From an uncultured Myxococcales bacterium (lineage in GTDB: Bacteria; Myxococcota; UBA4151), in the NCBI GenBank assembly GCA_964013405.1, contig CAXGWI010000002.1, positions 1 through 64,000 of the forward strand: DNA of 64,000 bases. Reading direction: 5' to 3'. Positions 21,477 through 31,157 of the stretch are shown here, piece after piece. A model generated the notes under the pieces. It searched no databases. It saw only the letters and a list, made by a program, of their open reading frames with translations, and was not told the DNA's origin. Made by a program: the position numbers and the translations under genes. How positions within the stretch are numbered: the first letter of the stretch is position 1; every line of letters starts with the position of its first letter.

Positions 21477-21974
21477 CTCCCAAGCCCTTCTAGGTGGTGC
21501 TCTAAGCCCCCGAGAAAGACTCCGTCGCTGGTGATGGCTGGCGGCACAACCCACCGCCAAGAGACCGGACTGGAAGCGCCATGCCGTGTCGTTTCCAGGT
21601 TCCGCCAGTCTCGGCAAATGGTCTGAACGCAGTAGTGGCTTGACGTCGGTCGTGGCTGTCCTGGCTCGTTGAGTCAAAGCCTTGGATCCACCTGCAGAAT
21701 ACTTGACCCGTTAAATTCGGTCATACGCGCCCAAGCGCGATCAAGCCGGCGCTAAGCGGTCTCATCGGCTCGGCCCTGCAGGAGAGGCTTATCGTCGACT
21801 ATCGGGTCTCCTCGCGAATCGCATAAACCCAGAGGCTTCACAGCACCCAGTCCCCCCATAAGAAACCAACAGAACGTTTAGTACGGAGGTTGACCGATGT
21901 CGCACAACCCTGCGGCTGAACTACCGAAACAATCGTTCGGGTGCTTTTGCCCCTCTGAACCTCGGGAGACTGCC

Positions 21975-22877
21975 ATGATTCGATCTCATCTCGTCCTTGC
22001 CTCGCTTTCCATTCTGACCATCGCGTGTGGTCAGGGGAGTGAAGGTCAACTTCACCATGACCTGGGCGATCGTCCGGCGCCCGTCCACCCCGGTGAACTC
22101 CATGGGGAGGGTGATGGGAGCAGTCCCAATGGTGAGGCACCTTATAGTTGCGAGGAGCCCCCCCAGGCCGATGAACTGGTCGATCTGAGTCAATTGACGC
22201 CGTGTAAGTCCGGTGGCCACTGTATCGAGGCCGAAGACGTAGAGCCCGATTTACAGGCCCGTTTGGATCGTTGCGAGGACGGTGTCAGCTTCTGTGTGCC
22301 CGATGAAATCATCTTGTACCGGGGCTTTTACATCCCCGAGACTTGCCGCTTTGTGAACGGCTTGGAAGGGCGCTGCCTGTCTACCGTGCTGCCTGAGATA
22401 GGGAGAACGGCCGACACCATGCCGGTAAGCAACTGCCAGCCACATGAGCGTTGCTCACCCTGCTGCGACCCCTTCACGGGTGAAGCCTCCGGAGCCTGCG
22501 ACGTCGGCTGCGATATCGGTCCCATCGAAGCCCAGTGTGGTGAGCCCGCCTTTCGAGCCTGCTGTGGTGGGCGAGGACATTGTGCTCCTCCCAGTTTAAT
22601 CAAGCCGGAGGATCGAGAAAAGCTGAGCGGTAGCGGCTGTGCTGGGGAGAACCTGTGTGTTCCCGACGTCCTTAGAGATCCCGACTACCGGGCCCCTCGC
22701 TGCCAAGGGCGTGTTCTGTTCCGAGATTATGAAGGTGTGTGTTTGCCTGGTTGCCTCGATCTACCCATGGACTTTCTGATCGGCCAGGGAAGTTGCGGTA
22801 ATCCTAACGATGAGTGTGTCCCCTGCACTGACCCCCGGACAGGGGAGGCAACGGGGGCCCCAGGCTGCCCCGAGTAG
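21975..22877 (+). CDS. Cys-rich hypothetical lipoprotein
   Basis: GGGAGA RBS, ATG 21975, lipobox LTIAC, internally repeated Cys pattern (CVPD..., CxDPxTGE). Confidence 0.8.
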   Translation: MIRSHLVLASLSILTIACGQGSEGQLHHDLGDRPAPVHPGELHGEGDGSSPNGEAPYSCEEPPQADELVDLSQLTPCKSGGHCIEAEDVEPDLQARLDRCEDGVSFCVPDEIILYRGFYIPETCRFVNGLEGRCLSTVLPEIGRTADTMPVSNCQPHERCSPCCDPFTGEASGACDVGCDIGPIEAQCGEPAFRACCGGRGHCAPPSLIKPEDREKLSGSGCAGENLCVPDVLRDPDYRAPRCQGRVLFRDYEGVCLPGCLDLPMDFLIGQGSCGNPNDECVPCTDPRTGEATGAPGCPE

Positions 22878-22899
22878 ACTGGGTTCCCTGGCATGGTCA

Positions 22900-22940
22900 G
22901 TGCTGCCTCCCTGTGCCCTTCGGGGACCGGGGGGCAGCGC
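22900..22940. terminator. GC-rich hairpin with a cUUCGg loop between convergent genes
   Basis: GTGCTGCCTCCCTGTGCCC-TTCG-GGGACCGGGGGGCAGCGC; no clear U-tract. Confidence 0.5.
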
Positions 22941-22957
22941 TGCCGTCTGCCAACGTT

Positions 22958-23776
22958 CTAGCCGTAGGGCGCCTGCTCTAGACCATCGAGCTCCCAGGGC
23001 TTCTCCAAGACCCGTCGGATGGTCTTGGCGAACTTCGCCGCGTCCATCCCGTCGATGAAGCGATGATCAAGGGTTGCGGTCAAGGTCAGCATGGGGCGGA
23101 TGACGACCTGTCCATCGACGGCAACAGGTTCATCCCGAATGGCGCAAATCGCCGCGTAGACGGGCACATGAGCCCACGGCGTCGGTGGTGCATAGCCCAC
23201 TTCAATACCGAACATGCCGACGGAGGTGAGGACCGCACTGCCAAAGGGGAAGGCCTCGATGCCGAGGGCGGGGATATTCCAGCCGTAGCCGCTGGCGATC
23301 TTACCCGTCAGGTGAATGATTGGCCTCAGGATCCAGGTGGGTAGCAGCCGCAACAGGCCTTTGGATTTATTGAATTGATCGTCTTTGCCTGCCCGCAACC
23401 GCTGGGCTTCCGCGTCCAATTGCTTGGTGATTTCAACGACGGTTTTCTCTTCGGCGCGCTCGACCTTCACTTTCGCCAAATCACCTCCGTCCTCGAGGGC
23501 CACGAGGAAGGCGAACGCGACCTCTTCGAAGGGGATAAACCGACCGCGATGAATTCGGCCATTAAGGCCTGGTGAAGCCTTCAATCCCAAGGCCAATGCT
23601 TTGCCGACCAGATGGGTGATCGAGACGCGTAAGCCGCTTTCATCTCGAAGATAGTCGATGTAGCGCTGGGCCTCCGTCGTGTCGATACTGAGGCTGCCAT
23701 AGATGAGGCCTTCACGGGGCGCGGCCCACGTGGCGATCGCAAGTTTGCGCCGAGTCGAGTTGGTATGGCGAGTCAT
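22958..23776 (-). CDS. Stand-alone 2-oxo-acid dehydrogenase E2-like acyltransferase catalytic domain
   Basis: LTATLDHRFIDG catalytic motif; no lipoyl or E3-binding domain. Confidence 0.88.
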   Translation of the reverse strand: MTRHTNSTRRKLAIATWAAPREGLIYGSLSIDTTEAQRYIDYLRDESGLRVSITHLVGKALALGLKASPGLNGRIHRGRFIPFEEVAFAFLVALEDGGDLAKVKVERAEEKTVVEITKQLDAEAQRLRAGKDDQFNKSKGLLRLLPTWILRPIIHLTGKIASGYGWNIPALGIEAFPFGSAVLTSVGMFGIEVGYAPPTPWAHVPVYAAICAIRDEPVAVDGQVVIRPMLTLTATLDHRFIDGMDAAKFAKTIRRVLEKPWELDGLEQAPYG

Positions 23777-25392
23777 CGGATCATCTCCTTTGTCACATGG
23801 CGGCCGGCTCGGCGGCCCGAAAAGACGCAGTCGGCCAGGGAGAGGCCGCTGACATATTGGCGACTGCAGATCCCCACTGCTGCTCGTCCTGCAGCATACA
23901 GGCCCGGTATCGGACTGGCATCGGCAGCCAATACTTGGCCACTGTCTTCATCCACACACAGTCCCCCCAAGGTGAGGGTCGGGCATGGAAAAGATCGAGC
24001 ATCCAAGGAACAATCGATGGCGTAATAGGGGGGCTGGTCGAGGAGCTTTCGGCTTTCAGGGTCCTTGAGAAAGGGATCTGTTTCGTTGCCCTTGATCTGC
24101 TCGTTGTAAGCGGCCACTGATGCCTTGAGTCCGGCGGCATCGATACGGGCGGCTTGGGCCAGGGCCTCGAGGGTGTGCCCCTTCTTGCGTGCGAACCAAA
24201 GATTCAGCAGCGCCGGCGCTGTTTGGAACCACTGGCTCTTGCCTCGCCCTAACTGGGCCCGGGCCGCATCATACAGGGCTTGGTCGATGATCAGGATCCC
24301 CTCTCCATCTTGAGTTTCAACCATCGCCTCGCCGATGGCCGCACCGTAGAGCGCCTCGTTGACGTAGCGCTGCCCGGATCGATTGACGAGGATCCCTTGG
24401 GTCCAGGCCTGGGGCGGGTTGATAAAACGCCAGGCACTGATTCGGTCCATATGCTGGGTGTTGGCGCCGGTTTCACGCCCCATCAAGATCCCCGACCCAT
24501 CGCAGCCGGCGGTACCCAAAGGCATACCACGACGATACTTGGGTGCCTCCTCTTGGACGAGGTCCCGGTTGTAGATGAAGCCCCCCGTTGTGATAATGAC
24601 GCCTCGGTGGGCCTGAATTCGGATCGGCGCCCCCTTCTTCTCGATCGAGCGACCCCAGCGCCTGAGTGTTTTCGCCCAGCGGGGGCGGTAGGGGTTCATC
24701 TTCACAGCAAGCCATTCCATCGCCTGGTGGAGCCGAGCGCTCAGGCCGCTCAGTTGCCGAGCCTCGACACCCAGGATCGCCCCCGTCTCCCCTTTGATCA
24801 GTCCGGTGACTTGGCACTGCAGGCGCAATTGGGCGCCTTGTTCTTTTAAACGTCGGAGGAGGGGGTCAAAGAAGTTACGTCCAGGGAGCCCCCGGCCCTT
24901 GGCTCGGTGGCCTCGGGGCGCGGGGGTGGCTTTTGCTCGATAGGGCATGAGGGCTTCATTGCCCGAGTAGTAGAGATAGAAATCATCGGTAGGATAGGAG
25001 GTTTTCACCGGACATAGCGAAGCCTCGAACGGCACCCCTTGGTCTTGTAACCATTGGATGTTTGCGGCGCTTTCATGACAGAATTTAGAGAGTGTTTGTT
25101 CGGTGACGACGTCGCCCACTTCCTGGCGCAGATAGTTGAGCATATGCGTTGGAGAATCGGCGACGCCAGCGGCCTCTTGGATGGCCGTGGCTCCAGCATA
25201 GACGACACCTCCACTGATGGCCGACGCACCACCGCCACGGAAGCGGTCCAGGACGAGCACGCCCGCCCCACACTCAAGGGCTTCGAGGGCTGCACATGCG
25301 CCAGCAGCGCCTAGTCCGACCACGATCACGTCGGCGCTTTGATCCCAGTCTTCCATGGGGGCAGCCTGCGCTGGAGATGCCTCGATGGGCAA
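23773..25392 (-). CDS. FAD-dependent oxidoreductase, 3-ketosteroid dehydrogenase-like (FAD_binding_2)
   Basis: VVGLGAAG, GGASAISGG, TTGGF, TLGGL and IPGLYAAG..YVSGLSLADCVFSGR motifs. Confidence 0.82.
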   Translation of the reverse strand: MPIEASPAQAAPMEDWDQSADVIVVGLGAAGACAALEALECGAGVLVLDRFRGGGASAISGGVVYAGATAIQEAAGVADSPTHMLNYLRQEVGDVVTEQTLSKFCHESAANIQWLQDQGVPFEASLCPVKTSYPTDDFYLYYSGNEALMPYRAKATPAPRGHRAKGRGLPGRNFFDPLLRRLKEQGAQLRLQCQVTGLIKGETGAILGVEARQLSGLSARLHQAMEWLAVKMNPYRPRWAKTLRRWGRSIEKKGAPIRIQAHRGVIITTGGFIYNRDLVQEEAPKYRRGMPLGTAGCDGSGILMGRETGANTQHMDRISAWRFINPPQAWTQGILVNRSGQRYVNEALYGAAIGEAMVETQDGEGILIIDQALYDAARAQLGRGKSQWFQTAPALLNLWFARKKGHTLEALAQAARIDAAGLKASVAAYNEQIKGNETDPFLKDPESRKLLDQPPYYAIDCSLDARSFPCPTLTLGGLCVDEDSGQVLAADASPIPGLYAAGRAAVGICSRQYVSGLSLADCVFSGRRAGRHVTKEMIR

Positions 25393-25445
25393 GCCCGGTT
25401 GCCCTCAGAGCCCTCCAGCCGTAGGCTGCGCCGACGGAGTCGCCT

Positions 25446-25601
25446 ATGAGTGAGATTGAACTTCAGGTGAATGGAGATGTTGTTTGCCTCAAGGACCAGA
25501 CCGATTCGACGCTCTTGGGAGCGCGTCGAGACCGCCTTGGCCGCAACCAGAACTACTTGCCCAGAAGCTGGGCGAAGAGGGTCACGCCTGATTTCGTATG
25601 A
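25446..25601 (+). pseudogene. 51-codon remnant resembling the N-terminus of a CoxS/XdhA-type (2Fe-2S) subunit
   Basis: Hand translation MSEIELQVNG...STLLGARRDRLG; GGAG RBS; ATGA overlap with the next gene; Fe-S Cys motifs absent. Confidence 0.55.
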
Positions 25602-26905
25602 GCCTGCGACTGCTTCTCGTTGGTGATATGCACCTGGGCAAACAGCCTCGGTTGACGCCCAGCCTCCGGGCGCTCGGCGTGGAGGGCGCAACCATCTCAC
25701 CGGCGGCGGCCTGGCGCCGGGCGGCGGAACTCGCTGAGGAGCATGCTGTTCACGGCGTGCTCTGTGCCGGCGACCTAGTGAACCAGAAAGAGAACTGTTT
25801 TGAGGCTTTGGCCGAACTCATCGGCCCCCTCAAAGCGCTCCACCGGGCCCAGATTCCCGTCTATGCGGTGGCTGGAAACCATGACGTGGAAGCCCTGCCG
25901 ATGTTGGCCCAATGGACTGATGGCGCCGGTTTTCACCTGCTTGGTGCCAATGGCCAATGGCAGGCGGTGGAACTCCATGGCGACGAAGGCGTCAAAGCTG
26001 AGCTTCTTGGCTGGAGCTTTCCCACCCAGGCCTATTACGAATCGCCACTGCCAGGACTCCCAGATCGGTCCGATTTAAAGGTGCCGCGCATCGGTTTGCT
26101 CCATTGCGATCGGGATGGGCACTCCAGTCATGCACCCGTCCCCTCTCGGGAACTGCTGGATGCCCCCGTCGACGCCTGGTTTTTGGGGCACATCCATATC
26201 CCTGATCGGGAGGGTTTAAGTCAGCCTCAACCCCTGGGCTATCTCGGTTGCCTCAGCCCCATCCGCAGTAAGGAGTTCGGTTGGCATGGGCCCTGGCTTG
26301 CCACCTTGGATCAGGCCGGCACGTTCACTTTGGAGCCCCTCTCGTGCAGCCCCCTTCGTCTCGAGCATGTCGACTGTGATTTGTCCGGCTTGTCCGGTAC
26401 CCCCCAGCGCCTAGAGTCACTGCTTCAGGCGCGCACCCGGGAAGCCCTTGAGGCGGCCGACGAAAAGCTCGAACTCAAGGACGACCTCCGTGTGGTCCGG
26501 GTTCGGCTTCGCCTTGTGGGGGCAGTTGCTGACCCGCTCCAAATAGATCAAGTCATCGAGGCCGCAGACTACCATAACTTGAGCGTACCCATCGGTGGAC
26601 GCAACTGGGTCGTCGACCGGCTGACCAATGAATGCCGGCGTCAAGTGGACCTGGAAGAGCTCAGTCGAGGGCATGACCCACCGGCCCACTTAGCCCAACA
26701 ACAACTGCGGCTGGAAGCCGGCGACGATGAAGACCTCATCGACGCTTTTCGAGCCTTTCTACGCCAGAGCGAGCTCGGCACTGGGCGCTGGTCTCGGTGG
26801 CCTGAGCCCAGCGACGAAGCGATTCGCGCCTTGTTGCTACGACGGGGGGCTCGGCATTTGGCCCAACTCCTGGGCCAAAAGGAGGAGGTGCCCTTTGAAG
26901 CTTGA
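25598..26905 (+). CDS. SbcD/Mre11-like DNA repair metallophosphoesterase (YhaO-like)
   Basis: GDMHLG, AGDL, GNHD, LLH and LGHIH motifs. Confidence 0.9.
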   Translation: MSLRLLLVGDMHLGKQPRLTPSLRALGVEGATISPAAAWRRAAELAEEHAVHGVLCAGDLVNQKENCFEALAELIGPLKALHRAQIPVYAVAGNHDVEALPMLAQWTDGAGFHLLGANGQWQAVELHGDEGVKAELLGWSFPTQAYYESPLPGLPDRSDLKVPRIGLLHCDRDGHSSHAPVPSRELLDAPVDAWFLGHIHIPDREGLSQPQPLGYLGCLSPIRSKEFGWHGPWLATLDQAGTFTLEPLSCSPLRLEHVDCDLSGLSGTPQRLESLLQARTREALEAADEKLELKDDLRVVRVRLRLVGAVADPLQIDQVIEAADYHNLSVPIGGRNWVVDRLTNECRRQVDLEELSRGHDPPAHLAQQQLRLEAGDDEDLIDAFRAFLRQSELGTGRWSRWPEPSDEAIRALLLRRGARHLAQLLGQKEEVPFEA

Positions 26906-29900
26906 GCGCTTGCACCTCTGCCGAAGCGTCGGGCTTCCCGAAGGTTTAGATGCGATCGTTCCCGGTCCTGGCCTCAACCTGATCTTAGGGGCCAATGGTT
27001 CGGGAAAGTCGAGTCTGACCGCCGGCGTGCTTCAGGCCCTCTTCCACGAGATTCGGGATGACCAACTGGTGATGAACATCAGTCTCGCCGGCGGTGTGGA
27101 CCTGAGCCATGCCCACGGCAAGAGTCATTGGAATGGTCCGGTGCCCGCCTTGCCACCGACCCATTTCGCCAGCAGCTACCGCCTTGGGCTTTTGGATTTG
27201 GGGGAGGAAGGGGACTCAGAGGCCGATTTGGTCCGGCGGCTCAAGCGAGAGTTAGCTGGAGGCTACGATCTCCAATGTCTGTCTGAAGGACGCCGGGTGA
27301 AGCAGAGCCATGGTCGAAAGGCCTGGCTTGAGCGGCAGCGGGCGGAAAAGGAGCGGCAGCGGGCGCTGAATGGCTATGACGAGTTACAGCGGCGACAAAA
27401 AGGACTGGTCGGACTGCGGGAGGAGTTGCGTCTCGCCGAGCAGGGACAAGGGCGATTGCAGGACCTTGGTCGGGCCAAGCAGCATTGTCAGCGCCGCGGG
27501 ACCATCACCAAGGATGAGGGGATTCTCGCGGCAGCTCCCAGCGATTGGCGGGAGATACCACTGGATGCTGTCGAACAGGTACAGAGTGCCGACGAGCAGT
27601 TGCTGGCCTTCGATGCGCGCCGCCGTGAATTATTGATCGAACTGGAAAGCAATGGGCGGGAGACCGAGGCCCTTGGTTTGACGGCACCCCTGAGCGAGGA
27701 CGAATTGGTCGCCTGGCGTCGGCGAGCGAAGAAACTCGAAGGATGGGAGCGGGAACAGAGTGACCGCCATCGTCGCCGGGCCACCCTGCAACCGGCCATT
27801 GTGATTGAAGACCAGGGGCAATTACTGCCCAATATCGATGCCCTCGAAGCGAAAATCCTCCAGCGATCAGCCCTGATGCAGGACCTCCAAACCCTTGAAC
27901 GCCAAGGAGGGAGCGAAGCCCCTGCTACGGCGAAGCTGCCCGAGTCGATTCATATCGGCCGGGAGTTGCTTGCCCAGTGGTTGCAGGTGGTTCGACCCCG
28001 GCAGCTGCCCGGTTGGTTGCTCTTCGTGTTGGCCTTGTTGCTGCTGATGGGCATGGTGGTGGGCCTTCAAGGGCAGTGGTTGGGCTACGGCGTTGCAGGC
28101 ATCGCATGTCTTCTCCTCGTTTGGACCCAGCAGGAACCCAAGGACAGCCGGGACCAACTCCAGCGTCGCTATGAGGACACGGGCTTGCCCCGGCCTGAAT
28201 CCTGGGATCCCGGCGCGGTCGGCGAAGCCATGGAGCGTCTCAACGATCAGGTCGCGGCCGACGATCAAGCCCGGGCTGAGGCTCAAATACGTTCTCAAAA
28301 CGAGAAGGCTCGCCAGCAGGCTCTGCAGGGCCTGGAGGAGTTGAATGGGGAATTGGCTGAGATCGCCCGCAGTCTCGGACTTCCTGAGGACGTATCGAGC
28401 ATGGGCTTGAGGGAAGCGGTGGAAGCTCTGAAAGATCGCCGAGACCTTGAGGAGTTGGAAGCCCTCATCGCGGTGGCTGATGATGAAGCGGACCAGCTGC
28501 GCAGCCAAGCCTTGGATGCACTGCAGTCCTACGGTTTGAGCGCACCTGTGGATGGCCACGGACTTGAGGCTTTTGTCGAGAACCTGGGCAACCGCTGCCG
28601 GGAGTGTCGTCACCTTCACAAGGAGAGGTCACAGTTAGAGGATCGAGTGGCAGCCCACGATCGAGAACGGATCGAAATCGTCGCTCGCCGTGATGCGCTC
28701 CTTGGTGGCGGAGACTTGGTCGAGTTGGCGGCCCGGGTTCAGGTTTCCAAGGACGCTCACGAGGCGGAGATCCGCTTGGTTCGTGACCGGCAAGAACTCG
28801 CCCAGTTGGCCACACAGATCGAAGACCCCGAACTGTTAGCCTGCGATCAGGAACTCTTGGCGGTCTTCACCCGTGAGAGCGAAGGGGCCCTAGAGAATAT
28901 GAAGGTCCTCATGGACCAGATCAGCAAGACGGAGCAGGCCATTCTACAGGCTCGGGAGCAGGCCCCGCTGCGCCAGGCGGACCAGGCCTTCGATGCGGCT
29001 CAGGAAGCCCTGGAGTCCGAGTATGACCTGGGCCTGGACTGTCTTGCCGATACCTTTCTCGCTCAGCAACTCCAGGCCGATTATGAATCCAAGTCATCGC
29101 CCCAACTCTTTGGTCGTGTGCGGCGCCGACTTGAGGCCTTTACCTTGGGACGATACGAGTTGGAGATACAAGGGAGCGAACTCAGAGCCATCGACCATAG
29201 CGGCTTGGGCAGCCAGGCCTTGAGCGAGCTCTCCCATGGCACTCGAGTCCAACTCTTGTTGGCGGCTCGCTTAGCCTTCATCGAAGAGCATGAGGACGGT
29301 GTCCTCCTGCCCCTCTTTCTCGACGAGGCACTCTCGATTTCAGATCCGGAGCGCTTTGAGGCGGTGGCGAAGGTTCTGATGGACCTCGTCGCCGAGGGCC
29401 GCCAGGTCTTTTACTTGAGTTGTGATGGTGCGGATGCCCATCGATGGCAGCGCACGGCAGAGAGTCTAGGCCAACCGGCCCCTGAGGTGATCAGGCTGGG
29501 GAAGATGGCGTCCTTGGTGACCTACGAGGAAGTGCCGGAGTTACAGGCCCCGGGTCGCGATGAGTCTGCCGAGGCCTATGGCCGCCGAATTGGGGTGCGA
29601 GACCTTGATCTCTGGTCGCCAGCCGAGTCTTTGGATCTGTTCTACCTCCTCGAAGACCGATTGGATCTCGTGCACCGGCTTCGCCAAGCGCAGCAGCGAC
29701 AACTAGGGCCTTACAGCCTGCTCCGGACCCGGGCCCGGAATCCAGCCCAATTGACTGACGACGACCTGCGTCAATTGGACCTTCGAGTTGCGCTCTTTCA
29801 GGACTTTCTTCGCCTCCAGCGCGTCGGCCGCGGGTCCCCGGTTCGCCGGGAGATGTTTGAAGATGAGCGCCTCAAACCTTCATCAAGAGCGCTCCTCGCA

Positions 29901-30179
29901 GATCTTCTGGATGCGGTCGACGGAGATGCTCAAGCGCTCATGCTCAAGGTGGAACAACGGCAGGGTGATGCCTTTCGACGTAAGCAAAGAAACCTGGCAG
30001 AAGTGCTCGCTCAGATCCTCGAGGAGCACGGTGCGCTGGATACCCGTCCGGTGATGGATGCGACCGAGCGGTTGGGTCAGTTGGTCGACCAACACGGGCA
30101 GCGGGTCGACTTGGACGTGATCGCGTGGCTCGATGGACTCTGGAGCCATCGGATCCGCGGGATCGAAGGGGAAGCATGA
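26895..30179 (+). CDS. SbcC/Rad50-like coiled-coil ATPase (YhaN-like) with an internal TM hairpin
   Basis: TTG start after GGAGGAGG; Walker A GANGSGKS; signature LSHGT; Walker B LFLDEAL; two hydrophobic helices mid-protein. Confidence 0.88.
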   Translation: MKLERLHLCRSVGLPEGLDAIVPGPGLNLILGANGSGKSSLTAGVLQALFHEIRDDQLVMNISLAGGVDLSHAHGKSHWNGPVPALPPTHFASSYRLGLLDLGEEGDSEADLVRRLKRELAGGYDLQCLSEGRRVKQSHGRKAWLERQRAEKERQRALNGYDELQRRQKGLVGLREELRLAEQGQGRLQDLGRAKQHCQRRGTITKDEGILAAAPSDWREIPLDAVEQVQSADEQLLAFDARRRELLIELESNGRETEALGLTAPLSEDELVAWRRRAKKLEGWEREQSDRHRRRATLQPAIVIEDQGQLLPNIDALEAKILQRSALMQDLQTLERQGGSEAPATAKLPESIHIGRELLAQWLQVVRPRQLPGWLLFVLALLLLMGMVVGLQGQWLGYGVAGIACLLLVWTQQEPKDSRDQLQRRYEDTGLPRPESWDPGAVGEAMERLNDQVAADDQARAEAQIRSQNEKARQQALQGLEELNGELAEIARSLGLPEDVSSMGLREAVEALKDRRDLEELEALIAVADDEADQLRSQALDALQSYGLSAPVDGHGLEAFVENLGNRCRECRHLHKERSQLEDRVAAHDRERIEIVARRDALLGGGDLVELAARVQVSKDAHEAEIRLVRDRQELAQLATQIEDPELLACDQELLAVFTRESEGALENMKVLMDQISKTEQAILQAREQAPLRQADQAFDAAQEALESEYDLGLDCLADTFLAQQLQADYESKSSPQLFGRVRRRLEAFTLGRYELEIQGSELRAIDHSGLGSQALSELSHGTRVQLLLAARLAFIEEHEDGVLLPLFLDEALSISDPERFEAVAKVLMDLVAEGRQVFYLSCDGADAHRWQRTAESLGQPAPEVIRLGKMASLVTYEEVPELQAPGRDESAEAYGRRIGVRDLDLWSPAESLDLFYLLEDRLDLVHRLRQAQQRQLGPYSLLRTRARNPAQLTDDDLRQLDLRVALFQDFLRLQRVGRGSPVRREMFEDERLKPSSRALLADLLDAVDGDAQALMLKVEQRQGDAFRRKQRNLAEVLAQILEEHGALDTRPVMDATERLGQLVDQHGQRVDLDVIAWLDGLWSHRIRGIEGEA

Positions 30180-30333
30180 TGGTCACGGTCATGATCTCGG
30201 AATTCGATTTGAAGGGGCTATCTCACCCCGATTCGAGTGGTTTGGGCCTTGTAAGGGATGGTCGGCGGCTGTGACGACTCTACAGGCCCAACCTGAACAT
30301 GCTATGGAGCCAGAGCGACAGGGATGCTCAGTC

Positions 30334-31119
30334 ATGGGACGCGCACTTGTTTTAGCCGCAATGCTGACGACGGGCTGCCACTCGGCCGTAGAGGCTCCTA
30401 CCGACTTCGATGCTCTGCTCATCTTTCTCTTTGACCATTTTGACGACGAAGAGCCCGATCACCTCATCGCGGGTGTGGAGAATCTGATGGCGTATGTTGA
30501 TGGTCATCGCCTTGAACTGAAACAAGGTTACGTGGTGGACAACCTGACCCCAGCGGTTGTGGAGCGAATCGAAGGGGAGGAGCACGATTTAACCGACCTC
30601 CTGGGCGTGGCGTTCACCCACGACTTTCAGCATCCGCTGACCACCATGATCGATGCTCAGGTTCGGGATGATCCGATGGTCTATTGGCCGGGGAAATACG
30701 ACAAGTACGACAAGACCCCTGTCACGGATCGGGATTGCTTTTTGACCAGTGATTGCCCGAGCTATGTTCAAGATACGGCGTCCATCAACAACCTCCCCCT
30801 CGGGCTGAAAGCCGATGTGGAATATCGAGCCGTCTATCGGTGGATTGAAACCTCGGTGGGGCCAACCATGGTGCAGAGGAACCACCTCTTAAGGTTGGCC
30901 GAGTTCAACTGGGATTGGATCGAGATGAAGTTCCAGTACTATCTGGGGGTGCAGGTTCAGTTGGAGCCAAACTGCACAAATCGGACAGAAGCCTCCTGGA
31001 TGTTGGCCAACATGGGAGATTCGCCCATCCCCGTCGATCTAGGCATTCAGATGGCTCTCGATTCCATGCGCGGAAGTGCGGAAGCTTGGGACGTCTATCT
31101 CGAGACACGGGAAGAGTAG
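30334..31119 (+). CDS. Hypothetical lipoprotein (first gene of the putative lipid-biosynthesis operon)
   Basis: Signal MGRALVLAAMLTTGC; 38-bp gap to the MMPL gene. Confidence 0.75.
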   Translation: MGRALVLAAMLTTGCHSAVEAPTDFDALLIFLFDHFDDEEPDHLIAGVENLMAYVDGHRLELKQGYVVDNLTPAVVERIEGEEHDLTDLLGVAFTHDFQHPLTTMIDAQVRDDPMVYWPGKYDKYDKTPVTDRDCFLTSDCPSYVQDTASINNLPLGLKADVEYRAVYRWIETSVGPTMVQRNHLLRLAEFNWDWIEMKFQYYLGVQVQLEPNCTNRTEASWMLANMGDSPIPVDLGIQMALDSMRGSAEAWDVYLETREE

Positions 31120-31157
31120 GAATACGTGTGCGTCGCCGCCGCTGATCATCGGGCACC

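Noticed and set aside
26727..26894. N-terminal extensions given by the ORF track (also 6945, 30133, 36790, 46464, 16407, 10226)
   Set aside because: They overlap neighbouring genes or precede clear RBS/signal-peptide starts, so downstream starts were used.
25598..30179. Nuclease + SMC-like ATPase as an anti-phage or anti-plasmid system (Wadjet/Lamassu)
   Set aside because: Architecture matches the widespread YhaO/YhaN (SbcD/SbcC-like) pair; no accessory defence subunits are adjacent.
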